Shown here: positions 1-14,432 of the stretch, one piece after another
Position numbering within the stretch: the stretch's first letter is position 1
Layout: every line of letters begins with the position of its first letter
Origin: Cenococcum geophilum
Taxonomy: Eukaryota
DNA length: 64,000 nt
NCBI GenBank assembly: GCA_050273025.1
Contig: CP158635.1
Span: forward strand, 31,000,001-31,064,000
Direction: 5' to 3'
Program-made: the position numbers and the translations under genes
The notes under the pieces: generated by a model
What the model was told of the DNA's origin: nothing
What the model saw: the letters and a program-made list of their open reading frames with translations, nothing else
Database searches by the model: none

Positions 1-3000
1 TAATATAGTCTAACTTCTTACTTAGTCGTTAACTCTTAAAATTTTTATATAGTAGCTATACTTTATCTCCCTCCTTAAGATCTAGTCCTTTAGATCTCTT
101 AGCGTTATAGTACTTTTTTATTCTCTTTTATACTTTCTTTACTAATTTTATAAGGTCTATATAAAGATTTATTAACGTCTTTATCCTTTCTTTAGCTATA
201 CTGCTTATCTTCTTTACTTACTATAGTAATAATAATATTCTAGGCTTATATCCGTAATTTGCCTTAAATAGTAATATACCTATTCCTTTTTAAGGTATTG
301 TATTGTATGCAAACTATATAACTAGTAGTAATAATACCTAATTATTCTACGCGTAATTAATATAATGCCTTAAATACTATTCTAGTATCTAGTTTAATCT
401 TTCTATCTAACCGTCTATCTGCGGATAGTATATAGTGGAAGTTACTACTCTAACTCCTTATTCCGCTAAGAATACCTTTTAGAATGCTGCTATAAATCTT
501 AAATCTCTATCCGATATAATCTTACTTAGTGCTCTATGTCTTGTAAATACTTCCTTAATATAGATTCTAGCGACATTTTCTGCTAATATTTCTTCTATAT
601 ACGCTATAAAGTATCCCCACTTTATAAGCTTATCTACTATTACTAAGATCGCGTTATAATCTTGTCCGGTAATAGGATCTCTTAACTTTAGTAACTTAAT
701 AATAAAGTTCTATAATATAACCTCCTATAGTCTCTCTAGTGTTTTAATAGGTTGTAGCCCTCTATATAGCTTATACCTTATTAGTTTATTCCTTTAGCAA
801 TCTAGATATTCTTTTATAACTTTTTATGCTAGTTTTTAGATTCCATTAATAATATACTCCTCTTAGAGTCTTAATATTAAGCCTCTGGCTCTATTATATC
901 CTTAAGTTATTTCCTTATAGAAATCTTCTATAAAATGCTCTGCTATACTTCTTAGGATATACTTAGCTTCTTAATTTTTGTATATATCCATCTATAGATC
1001 CTCTAGTTATACTTCTAGAATTCTTTATACCTAAAAGCTCTCTAGTGTCTCGTAGACTCTTTCTGTCTTATTATCCTCTTAAGTTGCTATAATCTTTAGA
1101 TAATTATACCTAATTAATCCGTCTATATTTTTTTGCAGTAAAGCCCCTAATAGCTTTTTATTGTTTTATAGTTTAGCTTTATAACTTAGAGCGTCTGCTC
1201 TTATATTATCTATACCCTTAGTATATTAAATCTTAAAATAGTATTCCGTAAGCATCTCTGCCCATTTAACCTATCTTTAGTTAAGTTCCTTCATCGTTAG
1301 GAATCCTATTAGGTTCTTATAGTCCGTCTTAACTATAAATAGTTTCTCTATACCTTATAAGAATGCTCTCTATTTCTTTAGTGCTATAACTATACCTAAT
1401 AACTCCTTATTATAGATGTTATAGTTTAACTCTAGTAGTGTTATCTTTCGACTATAATATGCCACTAGGTGCTATCTATCTTAATATCTCTATATAAAGC
1501 ATGCCCCTAGCATATAGTCTAATATATCTATCTCTATAACCGTCTTTAGTCCTAGTTAATAGATCTTAAGAACTAGCTCTTAGGTAAATAACTCTTTAAC
1601 TTTATTAAAGAGTTCCCTTTATTCCTCTCCCTATGCCTATAGTTCTTCTTTCTTCGTTAATCGCGTAAATGGCTTAATGTTCTTTAACTATTACGCTATA
1701 AACCTTCTACAGTAATTACAAAACCCTAGGAATAATCTTAACTACGTAACGTTCTCTAGTTCCTACCAATTCACTATAGCCTTAATCTTCTTTAGATCTA
1801 TACTAAGTTGGCCTAGTTTAATAATAAATCTAACAAAATCTGTCTTCCTAGTAAAGAACTTATATTTCTTAATTGCTACTAACATCTGTTCTTCCTATAG
1901 TCTCTTTAAAACCTATTTAAAGTGTTCCCCGTATTCTTCCTTATTTATTAAGTAGATAATAATATTATTAAGGTATACCATAATAAATTCATCTAAGTGT
2001 TCTCCTAATATATTGTTAATACGCTTCTAAAACGTTGCTAGTGCGTTTATAAGCCCGAATTATATAACTAATAGTTTATATAGTCCTTTCTTTAACCTAA
2101 AGGCTGCTTTCTATTTATCGCCTTCCTTAATCCTAATCTAGTGGTACGCCTATCTTAGATCTATCTTTATAAAGATTTGCGCATTACCTATCCTATCTTA
2201 GATTTCGCTAATTAAGGGAAAAGGATACTTATCCTTTCTAGTAATGCTGTTTAACTATCTATAGTTAATACATAGCCTTAGTTTGCCATTCTTCTTTAGT
2301 ACGAATAGTACTGGATATCCTGCTAATGACTGCGATGGTCTAATATATCCCTTTTATAGGTTTTCCTAAACAAACTCTTTTAGTGCTCTACCTTTTTCTT
2401 TAGTAAGCTTATAGATTGGAAAGAACTTTAAACTTGTTTCTAGTTCTAATTCTATCTTATAGTCCTATACTATATATTCTAACAGCTTTTTACTTTCTAG
2501 TAACCATAGTTTCTTACTATACTTATAGTATCTCTTTAGTACATAACTTAAGCCTTACTTAGTCTCTTTATATATTGCTCCGACCTAGTACCATACTAAC
2601 TTAGCTTATTATTACATCTTATAGCGTTAAGTATCCCTAATATTAACTTAACCTATAACCCAATTAATCCTTAGGTTATATTTCTGTAACTAAGGCATTC
2701 CTAGTACTACCTTATTATTCCCTAATAGTAATATATTAAAAGATATCTTAACTTATCTCCCTTTAATGGTTAACTAAATAGGTCCTGTTTTAAGGTTAAT
2801 AATCCCTTCTCCATAGGTTATTAGATCTCCTAAAATTATTACTAATAGGTAAGAATACTCCTTTTTCCTATGTGGTAAACCTATCCTTTTAACTACTGCT
2901 GGTAAAATATGGTTCCTTATTGCTCTACTATCTATTAATGCTTTAAACTGTTAATCTTGCCACTTAACTTATAAATTTAGGTGTCGTCCTTAAATTCCTT

Positions 3001-5987
3001 TAAGGGTTTAAGGCTCTACTACTAGCTCCCTCTAGTCCCGTAGGCCTTTACTTTTCCTAACTATTAACTGCTTAATCCTATTTATACTTAGTCTAACTTA
3101 GGCCAATACTTAGTTTATTTCTTTTCTTTAATATACTATAAATACGTGTTCTCTAGGTATTCCTACTACTATTATTTATCTAGGCATTCTTCCGTAAGAA
3201 ATCTTTTTAGCTAAAGTATTAAGTCTCCTAACTCTTAGTCTTCTACTAGATGCTAGCTATATATATACTTAGCATTCCGGTATTTTTATTCCTTAGTTAT
3301 CTAATATATTCTTATAGGATATTTCTAATGCTTATCCTTTAGTGCTTTATATATATTGCACGCATCGTCTATATACGCAATCCACGATAATATATAATGT
3401 GCTAGGTGCTTTAGGTTAACTCTTAGCTTATCCTTATTCTTAAGTTTAAACCTCTATTATATTAATTTAAACGTTACGACTTTATTTATAGGTACTAAGA
3501 TACGTTTCTCACTTCTCTAGTCCTCTAAGCGTTCCTCTAGATCTCTTAATATTATAATTAAGGCTCCCTTAATGTAACTTATTGCCTTTTTCGTAATTAG
3601 GTGGTCTTGGATAACTTTTTTATCTAACTATATATAGAAATCTTCCTACTTATTATTGTGCCTTTGTCTATACCACTTTTGGTACAGCTACTAAAGTATA
3701 TATAGTTTATCCGTAAGGAAGTATCTTCTTATTACTGCGTTATAATAGCCTTTAGTATGTCGTTCTTCGAACCTAGTTAGAATCCCTAGATCCTCTTCTT
3801 ATTCCAGTTTAGTAAGCTACTTAGCTCTTAGTATACCTGTCTTAGGTCTATTAGTAATTCTTTATACTAGTGCTTTATCCTTAGTACGTCCTAATGTGCT
3901 AGATCTCTTATCTAGTTTCTGTTCTTACTATGCAGTAATTCTTGCCCTGAATTTTGCCATAGTTTCTTTCCTTTTGCGTCTTGTAAGTGGATCCTTAAAG
4001 TCTTCTTACTTCTTAATCTTGGTATTAGTCTTCCAATCTTCAGTCTAAACGCTATATTCTACTATTAAGTCCTTTAGGTCTATATGTCTATCTCTTAATC
4101 TAGTTACTATTTATGCTGTAAATTCTCTAATCTATTTAATAGTCCTTATTTATTGCTTAAAGTCTTAGTTCTATAGGATTATTAATCCTAAGCTTGCTTT
4201 TAACTTAAGCTTTACTCCAGCCTTAGTCTAACTAGGCTTACTTAGTGTTCTTATCTCGTCTTAAGAGTCTTAAATTTCACTTATCTCATTTTAAGAGTCT
4301 TATGCCTATGGGAAACTCTATCCCGAGCTTATTCGTATACCTTTAAACTAAGCTACTGCCCTGCTCCATTAGTTGCTGTCTATTATAGGTCCTTAGGTCT
4401 ACCTTATCTTATCTTAAGAATCTTAGTCGTCTTTTATCTCGTCTTAAGAATCTTAAGCCTTTAGCCTTTTGCCTTTATTAAGTACCAAAGTAGTTTACTA
4501 TCCTACTTCTCTTACGTCTTATAAAGCGATAGATATTATGTCTAGTGGGGTCTTAATCCCTACTAATATTCCCTATTCTATAGTAGAATTATCCTCTACC
4601 TCTATTATAACATCTTTGAGGTTTACGTACTCCTAGTAAGCCACTTTTATTACCTTATCGTTACGGAATATTTTGCCTACGTTAAAATTATTATCCTTAA
4701 TATCCGATCTGCGAACTAGTTTATTAGTTTCTCTATACTTTATAAATTTGGGCTCCTATAGCTAATAGCTTGCGCCGTACTTAGCGTCTTTATAAATTTA
4801 GTATATATTATTATAATAAAACGCAAAACTTCTAATTAAACATTTTTTGTTCCTTATAGTACACTATTATCCCTTTATACGTATATGTCTTCTACTACTA
4901 GTCTAGTTCCCTTTATTACATAGTAACTCTAACTATCTTTATAATCCCTCGCAAAGTAACCTTATTTTCTACAATTTATATAAACTCCGTTTTTAAACTA
5001 TTAACTTTACTATAGAGTCCGCCTAAACGTCTTCTGCTACTAAGATCTCTAGTTTAGCCTCTGCTCCTTAGTCCTATAATTACTAGATCCTTAACCTTTA
5101 GGTTTTTATAGTTTCTTACTCCATCTCTTATAGGCTTCTTTAGTACTATTTAGGTCTATTAGCTCTGCGCTATACTATAGTTTTTAACTTAGCTTTAGTT
5201 AATGCGTACTTTACACCTTATATAACTATAAAACTTTATCCTAGCCTTTCTTGGCCTGTTCCCTTTAGTAGATCTAATTGTTAATCTTAATCGCCTAATC
5301 TATTAAGTCCCTTAGGGTGTCCGCATCTTCTATTAGGATAATTACGTCCTAGACTTTAGCCTTAAGTCCTTGTTTGTACTATACTATAAGCGCTTTATTA
5401 TTCTACTCTACTTATATTACTAGTATCTAGAACTGCGTTATATACTTAATTGCTAATATTTATTACGTAATATCTTAAAGCTTTCTTTCTGCCGTAGTTA
5501 CTGCCTTTAGGTCTCTAAATATTTGTATAAGTTGCTCTACGAATCCTTCCTAGCTTGAGAATATAAACCGCACCTCTTAATTAGTAGTTGTTATTCTATT
5601 TACCTATATTTCTATAAGGTAAGGCTTAAATTATTTAAGTGCTCTTCCTAATAAGAATAGTCCTGTATAGGCTATTTAATCTATAGGTGTTGGTAACTTT
5701 ACCCCTTCTTGCGTAACTTTAAAGTGCATTTATATAAGGAATCCTTTAAGCTTTAATTTCTCTCCTAAGTACCTCTTAATTAATAGTAGCTTAACCTTTA
5801 CCGCTTCTATCCCATTAACCCTTTCTTCTAATACCGCATTATTTGCTATTAACTAGTTAATTACCTTTTATAACTATCCGACTGTTATAGGTTGTTAAGA
5901 GTTAGTATCTGCTATACTAGTGTCCCCTCCTGACCTTAAAGTAGTTGCCGCCGTTAATAACATAATAGTGGCTGCTTTTAGTGGCAT
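1..5987 (-). pseudogene. gag-pol relic of Gypsy-A copy 1 (gag ~5987-3050; pol PR-RT-RH-IN from ~3050 to beyond base 1)
   Basis: Domain order PR-RT-RH-IN. Stops are almost all TAA/TAG at positions expected to be CAA/CAG/TGG/CGA. Confidence 0.85.
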
Positions 5988-6032
5988 ATTATTTGACTTT
6001 CTATACTTAATACTATAACTAGGTAGTAATTA

Positions 6033-6455
6033 TATAACGGAACCTTGTAGTAGGAACTATAATAGGCTCGTTAATAGGCTAGGTATATAGGTAATATAAG
6101 TTAAAGTTAATAACGTAATAATAACTAGTGGAGTGGTTGCCTAATAGATTAACTCTAATTATATTCTAAGAATTACTATAAGGAAGGAACTATCTAGGTA
6201 GGGACTATGGTCCTTTAAATACACAACCGTACTCCTAAGAAATCCTTCTTATATATAATATACGTCTTATATATAAGGTACGTAAGTTCCTCCTGTCCCT
6301 CTTATTTAACACATAGCACGTTATATAACCTTAGTTACTATTCCTTGTTACATAGTTCTACCGATTCTATCCTAGACCGTGCTTAAATTAACTAACTAGC
6401 TTCTTCTAACTCTTCTCTAAGTAGTCGTAACATCGTACTTAAAGCGTCCGTAATA
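6033..6455 (-). repeat. 5' LTR of Gypsy-A copy 1 (423 bp)
   Basis: Ends TATAACGG...CCGTAATA (RIP form of TGTAAC...GTAACA); homologous to 18512-18925. Confidence 0.9.
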
Positions 6456-6517
6456 CCTTCCTTATTACGGACCTTAAAAGCTATAATATAATCTTAAAAA
6501 GAAAATAGCTAGCCTAT

Positions 6518-9500
6518 TGTCACGGAACCCTACCGCAGGGGCCTCCATAGGAGAGCCCCGTGCTCTCGCGTACACCTCGCGTACAGCTTATGTCAGCTAC
6601 GCGTAGGTATATCACCTCCTTACGCCCTCGACCCTTACGATCGATCGCGCAACGTCTTGTAGACTCCTCGAATACATACGTCTTGTAGCCACTGCCCCGT
6701 CCCGTGACATTACGTTGCGCCTTTTTACCACCGACACCTAGCCTACGACCAATTTTACGTCTCTGCAATACTACAGGCGCTGCTAGAAGCAGCGTGCCTA
6801 CGAGTTACCTTACTTTATACTTCTAAGGAACCCACAATAGTAAGACGATATTCCTTACTAGCTACTATGTTAAACCTAAAGAACAATCTAATACCTATAC
6901 TTAACCTACGACGCCAATTAATCCCAGGAGAATTCGATTTATTAGCCCTAGCCTTAACCCCTAAGGAGATAGATACCGATAATATCTTATCTTTTATTAA
7001 CTATATAACTACGGATAAGTAAGTGGAAGGGCTACTACTTATTAAAATTAAAATATAAGACGCTAAGATATTTATAAAAATAGTAGTATAAGAACCTAAT
7101 AAATACTACCGCCTTCTATAGAACTACTACCTAAAGCTTATACAAGCCGAGATGCGTACTGCCTAAGATTGCGATATTATCCAAGACCTATAAGCTCGCG
7201 AGGCGCTTGCTGATAACACGCGTTAAGAAACTGAAGATAACCTCCATATGTCTGAACGCGACGTTTAATAGTTAAAGAAGGCTAAGATCGCACTTATTGC
7301 TACAGTCACTAAAAGAGAAGGCATAATTAAATACCTATAATCTTAGCTTAATAAGTATATTTATAATAACGCTAGACACCTCTCTACTATATATAACGCC
7401 ACTTAAGTCTCTACGCCCCTAGTAACTTTACCTACTTAACGCTTAATAGAGGGTTAGTGTTAAGTAGCCTTACCTAATAGGAACCCCTACTAAAGTAATA
7501 ACGAAAGCTATAATAACTAAACCTAAGCTGCTACCGTAGGGTCTAATGTATATTACCCTAATCCCCTAGTTTTTTAGGGAGACCGCAAAGAATATAGTTA
7601 CTAGAAGATATAAATCCGTAAGAAATTAACTTAAAGCGCCTGCCTTTTTCCTATAGAAGATACTAAGATTAACTATATTATTAGGCAAATAAAGGGTACA
7701 CTATTTAATAGACTTTTCGCCTAATAGGAGACTAATAGCCCCTAGAAGTGGCACTCCTACTAAGAAGTCCTTAATAATCTTAACCTAATATACCGCGATT
7801 ATAACCTACTAGCCACTAACCGAGCTAAACTACGTGCCCTAAAGATAAGCCCTACTAAATTATTTAATGAGTTCTATGTTAAATTCTAGGAATACACTGG
7901 AGCTCTTACCTGAGACGATACTAAAGACCAGGAAGATCTCCTTAAAAAAGTTACTTATCGCCTTAGTTACGCAGCTGCTAGCCACAACTATAATAATATT
8001 TATAATATGGTAGCAGCTATATAGAAGATTGAATAATACCTAAATTAGATTGCTACTGCAAACCCTTACCTAAAGACCTCCTTATAGAAGCCCTCTGGAC
8101 CTACTAAACCACTAATGCCTACTACCCTAAGCAATACTACTGGTCCTAATATCGACCTTTCTATACTAACCTTCCTGTAGAAGCTATTAGATGGAGAACG
8201 CGAGCTACTTTGGAAGCTAAAGTGTTGCTATAGATGTTATTAAGAAGGCTATTATAGCTATAGCCTAAACTACCTAATAGCTAGGTTTAGTAGCCGCTGC
8301 CTAATACCTAACTTAGTACCTTAAACACTAAATACGTTACTACATGCCACTATCGTATAAGATAAAAACGTAGTAATAGCGGTAAAGTTAGATACGGAAA
8401 CGGAAAACCCTAAGTCCTAGCCCTAAGTCGTAGGTTGGGACGCCCTAATAATAAGGGGATCTATATATCGGCCTGCTTAATAAATAACCTAGTAAAGATA
8501 AATAGACGGAAATAGATAGTTTTACCCGTAATAGGAACTACTACCAAAAAATAATATAAAAGCTGTTCTATAATTAATTGCGGAGCTACTAATAAATTTA
8601 TAGATACCTAATTTATATACACTTATAACCTACCTACCTTACCCCTTACCAAAGCCCGCGCCCTATAACTTGCTAACAATAGTTATACCGCACAGAAGAT
8701 TACCTATATAGTATAACTCTACCTAGATATAAATAGGCACTAGAAAGAACTCTGGGCCTATATTATACCATTTACTAACTACCCTATTATCCTTGGAATG
8801 AACTAGCTTAAACAACATAACCCCGCCATTAACTGGAAAAAGAGAGAAGTAACCTTTAACTCTAAATACTATAGAGAGACCTGCCTAGGATATGGCCTAG
8901 CCGCCTCTATTTACTCCCCAAAATACTAACCTAAGGAACCCCTTATTACCCTACCTATGACTAACTACTACTACGTAAGTGCCGCGGCCTTTTACCGTAT
9001 AGTATATAGGAAAGGCTAAACCATTACCACAGCCTCCTAATTATAACTATATAAGCTTAATAAAGAACAGGACTATGTCCTCTATAGTAATAGAATAGAT
9101 ATAGTTAACCTCTTAGAAAACGATACCCCCGTAGAACTCTACAAACTTTCACCTTTAGACTTTAAGAAGTTTATAAAGCTTAAAAAGGACTTACTAATAA
9201 GGAACTCTGTAAGCTCCTCCCTAAGAAGTACTATAACTTTATTAACGTATACTTATAAAAGAGCGTAGATATACTCCCCTTATATTAACCTGATAACTAT
9301 GCCATTAATATTAAATAAGAAAAAATGCTACCCTATAAGAGACCCTATTTAATATTAAAAGATGAACTTCTAGTTATTAAAAAGTATATTAACGAACACC
9401 TTAACAAAGGGTTTATTTGCCCCAGTATATCCCTAGCAGCCGCCCCTATCCTCCTTACTAAAAAGCTAGGAGGAGGTATTTAATTTTACGTTAACTATAG

Positions 9501-12500
9501 AGGACTTAATACTATTATAATTAAGAACTAATACCTTATACCGCTTATACGTAAGACTTTTAAGCGGCTTAGCTAAGCCAAAATCTATACTAAGCTCGAT
9601 ATTATTGCCGCCTTTAACTGCCTTTAAATACGAAAAGGTAACAAATAGAAAACCGTATTTGTATTGCGCTTTGGCCAATTTAAATATACTATTATACCCT
9701 TTAGCGTATACAACGGCCTAGGCAGCTTCTAAAGCTATATTAATAACGCCTTATAGGACTACCTTAATGACTTCTGCTCTGCGTACCTAGATAATATACT
9801 TATTTATAGTAATAACCCTTCTAAGTATACTGAGCACGTTTAAAAGGTCCTATAGCGCCTTAAGGACGTAGGACTTTATATTAATTTAAAGAAGTGCGAA
9901 TTCTTAGTTATAGAAGTAAAATACCTTAGACTAATCATTACTACTATAGGTGTCCATATGGACCCTAAGAAGGTACGTATAATTACCAAATAGCAAACCC
10001 CTAACTGCATTAAAGACGTATAAGCTTTTCTTAGTTTCGCCAACTTCTATTAAAAATTTATATACAACTTCTTAGGTATTATAGCACTACTTATAGTAAT
10101 AATGCGAACAAAGGGCCTTTCTATAAAAGAAAGAAAAATATATTTATGTTTTATCTAGACGCCTAAATGCGAGAAGGCGTTCTAAGACCTTAAAGATGCT
10201 TTTATTAAAGCACTTATCCTAGCTTACTTTATACCAGGATAATAACTCTATCTTAAGACTAACTCCTTAGACTATGTTAACGCAGGCGTCCTTTTCTAGA
10301 TAGGCAATAACGGTTTCCTTTACCTAGTTATATTCTATTTATCTAAGCTTATACTATAAGAATATAACTATGAGATCTATAATAAGGAACTTCTCGCGAT
10401 TATATAAGCGTTTAAGGAATTCTAACTAGAACTCTCCTTAGTAGAACCTAACTAGCTAACTAAAGTCCTTACGGATTATTGCAACCTTAAGTACTTTATA
10501 ACTATAAAATAGCTAAACTGACGCTAAATACGCTGGAACGAGTTCCTTTTTAGTTTTAACTTTAAAATTGTATATAGGCTAGGAGTATAAGGTACTAAGC
10601 CTAATAGCCTAATATGCTGCTTATAAGACCTTCCTTAGTCTAAAGATAACCCCTATAACTAGTTCCAATAATAGACGATCCTAAAAGCACGGAATTTAGC
10701 CCTAGGTATACTACCTATAATAGAGCTAACTGTACCTTAGCTCTACACTATAGAACTAAAATTACCTCCTAAAATTAATGAGCTTATTACTACGGTATAT
10801 AACACCTCTATTAACCTATTACTATATTAACTTATTACCACAAAGACCGCTAGCGCCTATACGCTACTGACTAAACTCTAAAGCTTAGGCTAGATTAATA
10901 TAGCAGCCTTAGAAGTAAAAGAGAATAGGCTCTATTATAGAGGCTGTTTATTTATCCCTAACTTAGAAAATTTATAACGGTAACTAATCTAAATAGCCTA
11001 CGACCTCTAATTAAGCGGCCACCTAGGCAGAGGAGGAACCTATAAGCTTCTTAGCCGATACTACTTTTGGCCTAAAATGATAGACTTAGTTAAACGCTTT
11101 ATAGGCGCCTATTACGGTTATAAGCGCGCTAAGGCCTTTAATATAAAGTACTAAGGATTACTATACCCTCTACTAGTACCTATACGATAATGGACAGATA
11201 TCGCTATAGATTTTATTGTTGACCTACCACCCTATAAGCGATATGGCCGTACCTATAAGAATATCCTTATAATAATATGCCGACTTATAAAAGAGCGCCA
11301 CTACGTCCTAACTAAAGGCGTAGCTGTCAGCGACGTTACTAACGCCTTCCTTTGCGAAATCTACTGATTATATAGGTTACCTAACTTAATTACGTCCAAC
11401 TAAGGTATATAGTTTGGCTCTAATATATAGAGACGAATCTACTAACACCTTAGCATCTCCGTTAAGATGTCTATATTCTTCTATTACGAAACTACTAGGT
11501 AACCGGAAAACGCTAATGCTAGCATAAAAGCGTACCTATGATAGGTAGTCGCCTATAGTTAAGATGACTGGGTAGATTACCTCCTACTAGGTGAATTTGT
11601 AGCGAATAACTACGTCTTAACTACTATAGGACTTACCCCATTCTTCGCGAACAAGGGATATTACCCCTAATCCGGCATAAAACCACTAGAACCTATTGAT
11701 AAGAAACTGCTATATAGAAAACGCCTTAAGATGCTACTTGCTGACTAGCATATAGACTATATAAAAAATCTACTTAACTACTGTAAGGGAGAAATGGCCT
11801 GGGCTTAAGCAAAGTAGGCCTACTTCGCCGACCGTTATAGAACGCCACCACCGGAGATGCGTGTTGGCGACTAGGTATGGCTAGATACACGTAATATCTC
11901 TACATAGAGGCCTATGAAGTCACTCGATTATAAAAACCTCGGCCCCTACCTAATTAAATGAGTTATTAATAGGGGAGCCGCATACGAGCTAGAGCTCCCG
12001 CCTGCCCTAGCCACCTATGGGATATAGCCTATATTTTACCTATAGCTACTACACCTTCACTAGCCTAATCCCTTACTGGGGCAGATATAGCCTAAACCCC
12101 TACTAGTACTAATCCGAGATAAGAACGAAGATAAAAACCATAAGGAGTGGACCGTTAAACGAATTATCGACTCTAAATACTTTGGTAAAGGCAGAGGACG
12201 ACGGCTCTACTACAGAGCTATATACATAGGATTTGACATAGATTAGCCAGAATAGTAACTATAGGAAGACTTTAAAAATGCAAAGGATCTAATTAGCGAC
12301 TTTTACCACGCGAACCTATAGAAACTAGGCCTAAGCAGAGATTTTATACCTAATCCTCTATAGGAGCCCTTATAGAGTTAAACCGTTATATATTGCCACG
12401 TAGGGGCAAATTGCCGTTAAATTGCCGTTAGATTGCGGTAAAGTGTAATTACGTAACCGGAATATCGTTAAGATGTCTAGGAACTTTAACCGGCGGTTAA

Positions 12501-12860
12501 AGTTGTCTAATTAGTCGGATTCTTAGATGCTAAGCCTTATTATATAATATTGTTTTAAGCCTTTAGCAATACCCCCCTTTCTTCTTTTCTATACCCTAAG
12601 TATCCCTTCTATATATATATAGTAACCATAGCGTCGCCGGAGCTCCGCCTCTATAGGAGGGGGGGTAGTGTCACAGAACCCTACCGCAGGGGCCTCCATA
12701 GGAGAGCCCCGTGCTCTCACGTACACCTCGCGTACAGCTTATGTCAGCTACGCGTAGGTATATCACCTCCTTACGCCCTCGACCCTTACGATCGATCGCG
12801 TAACGTCTTGTAGACTCCTCGAATATATACGTCTTATAGCTACTGCCCCGTCCCGTGACA
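6518..12860 (+). mobile_element. Full-length Ty3/Gypsy chromovirus, Gypsy-B (6343 bp)
   Basis: 192-bp LTRs at 6518-6709 and 12669-12860 (TGTCAC...GTGACA) differ by 6 transitions. TSD CCTAT at 6513-6517 and 12861-12865. PPT AGGAGGGGGGGTAG precedes the 3' LTR. De-RIPped motifs: protease LIDCGA ~8570, RT YLDDILIYS ~9784, integrase, chromodomain EWTVERIIDS ~12145. Confidence 0.96.
6867..12380 (+). pseudogene. gag-pol relic of Gypsy-B (approximate limits)
   Basis: Gag with a zinc knuckle ~8220-8275, gag/pol junction near GGAAAAC ~8402, then PR-RT-RH-IN-CHD. Many RIP-type stops. Confidence 0.8.
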
Positions 12861-14432
12861 CCTATTTAGGCTTATAGCTTAATATACGGAATAGGTAGCT
12901 TATTTAGCCTAGAACTATACCCCTAACGCCTTTCTTTATAAAAGAGATTAGTATTATAATAAAAAACCTAATACGGGCGTAGATAAACACCGTTTACTAG
13001 GCCAATATAACCCGTAGGGACTAGGCTTTTAAGAAGGATATATAGCTTAATCCGTAACGGATCTGTATACTACACCGCCTCTAGGCTGCCTATATTATAC
13101 CACCCGCACTAGAGACTTAAAAAGTTAGTAATGGCCTAGCTAAGTCCCTAATAGAGAACTTAGGCCCCATGCGGCTATAAAGGAAGGCTAGGGATATTAA
13201 ATAATATACTAAACTAATAAACCAGAAGGATAACTTATAGAAAATAAAACGTAAGCTAAGGAAGACTATAAACCCTATACTATAAAACATAGCCTAATAA
13301 ACATCTATAAAGAAACCTATAGACCTCCTACCAGTTAATATCTGCTGTATTGGCGCTATAGGATTCTACTAGAACCTAGTTTAGCCTAATACTATCGCCT
13401 TTATAACTAGCTTATATAAAATTAATTAAATAATTAAAGAAAAAGAAGCCCTAGCTTAAAAGAAAAGCGAGCTTATAGATAAGGAGCTAGTAGAACAGAA
13501 ACTGCCCCATTAATACCAGAAATTTAAAAATATTTTCTCTAAAGTAGTATCTAATATACTCCCGCTTTACCGACTATATAACTATAAGATTAAAATTAAG
13601 CCGGATAAGGTGGTTACCCTTAGCTATAGCCCCCTCTGATAGTAATTTACTGCCGAATTATAGGCCATAAAGTAGTATCTTATTAATAACCTAGATAAGG
13701 GCTTTATTAAGCCTAGTTAAGCCCCTTTTAACTTACCTATTCTCTTTACTAAAAAGCTAAATAGAGGACTTCGTTTCTGTATTAACTACTATAAGCTTAA
13801 TAATTTAACCCTTAAAGACCACTACTTACTGCCTTTACTTAATGAGACTTTGGCCTAAATAAGTAGAGCTAAGATCTTTATAAAGCTTAATATCCGCTAG
13901 GCTTTTTACCAAATTAGGATAGACACTAAATTAGAAGACCTTATTACGTTTTGGACCCGTTATGGAATATATAAATATAAAGTACTACCTTTTAGACTGA
14001 CTAACGGACTGGCTATATACCAACAATATATAAATAATGTACTATTTAACTACCTTAATGACTTCTATATAGTATACCTAGATAATATTATAATCTACTC
14101 TAAAAATAAACTAGAATATAAAGAGTATGTCTATAAAGTCCTATAATGGCTTTAGAAAGCTAGCCTCTAAGCCAATATTAAGAAATTAAAATTTAGTGTT
14201 AAGCGTATAAAGTACCTAGGGTTTATTATTAGTATAAATGGAATTAAAGCAGACCTAGAAAAGACAGCCGTAATTAACTAATAGGTACCCCTAAGGACCG
14301 TAAAGGGGGTGTAATTATTCTTAGGGTTCTGTAACTTCTACTAACGCTTTATTAAGAACTATAGCAGGATTGCCTGGCTACTAAGCCTACTTACCTATAA
14401 GGACCGGCCCTTTTACTTTAATACCGTATATA

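Larger units (their letters stand above)
1..6455 (-). mobile_element. Ty3/Gypsy LTR retrotransposon, Gypsy-A copy 1 (RIP-degraded; runs off left edge)
   Basis: Minus-strand de-RIPped motifs: gag from ATG 5987 (MPPKAATT...), CCHC knuckle ~4940-4985, protease ALIDSGA ~2920-2941, RT VYLDDIIIY ~1952-1979, then RNase H and integrase towards base 1. 5' LTR is 6033-6455. The element is inserted in the protease region of Gypsy-C copy 1. Confidence 0.92.

Noticed and set aside
6520..6768. 82-aa minus-strand ORF
   Set aside because: Lies antisense across the GC-rich Gypsy-B LTR; open only because the LTR has little RIP.
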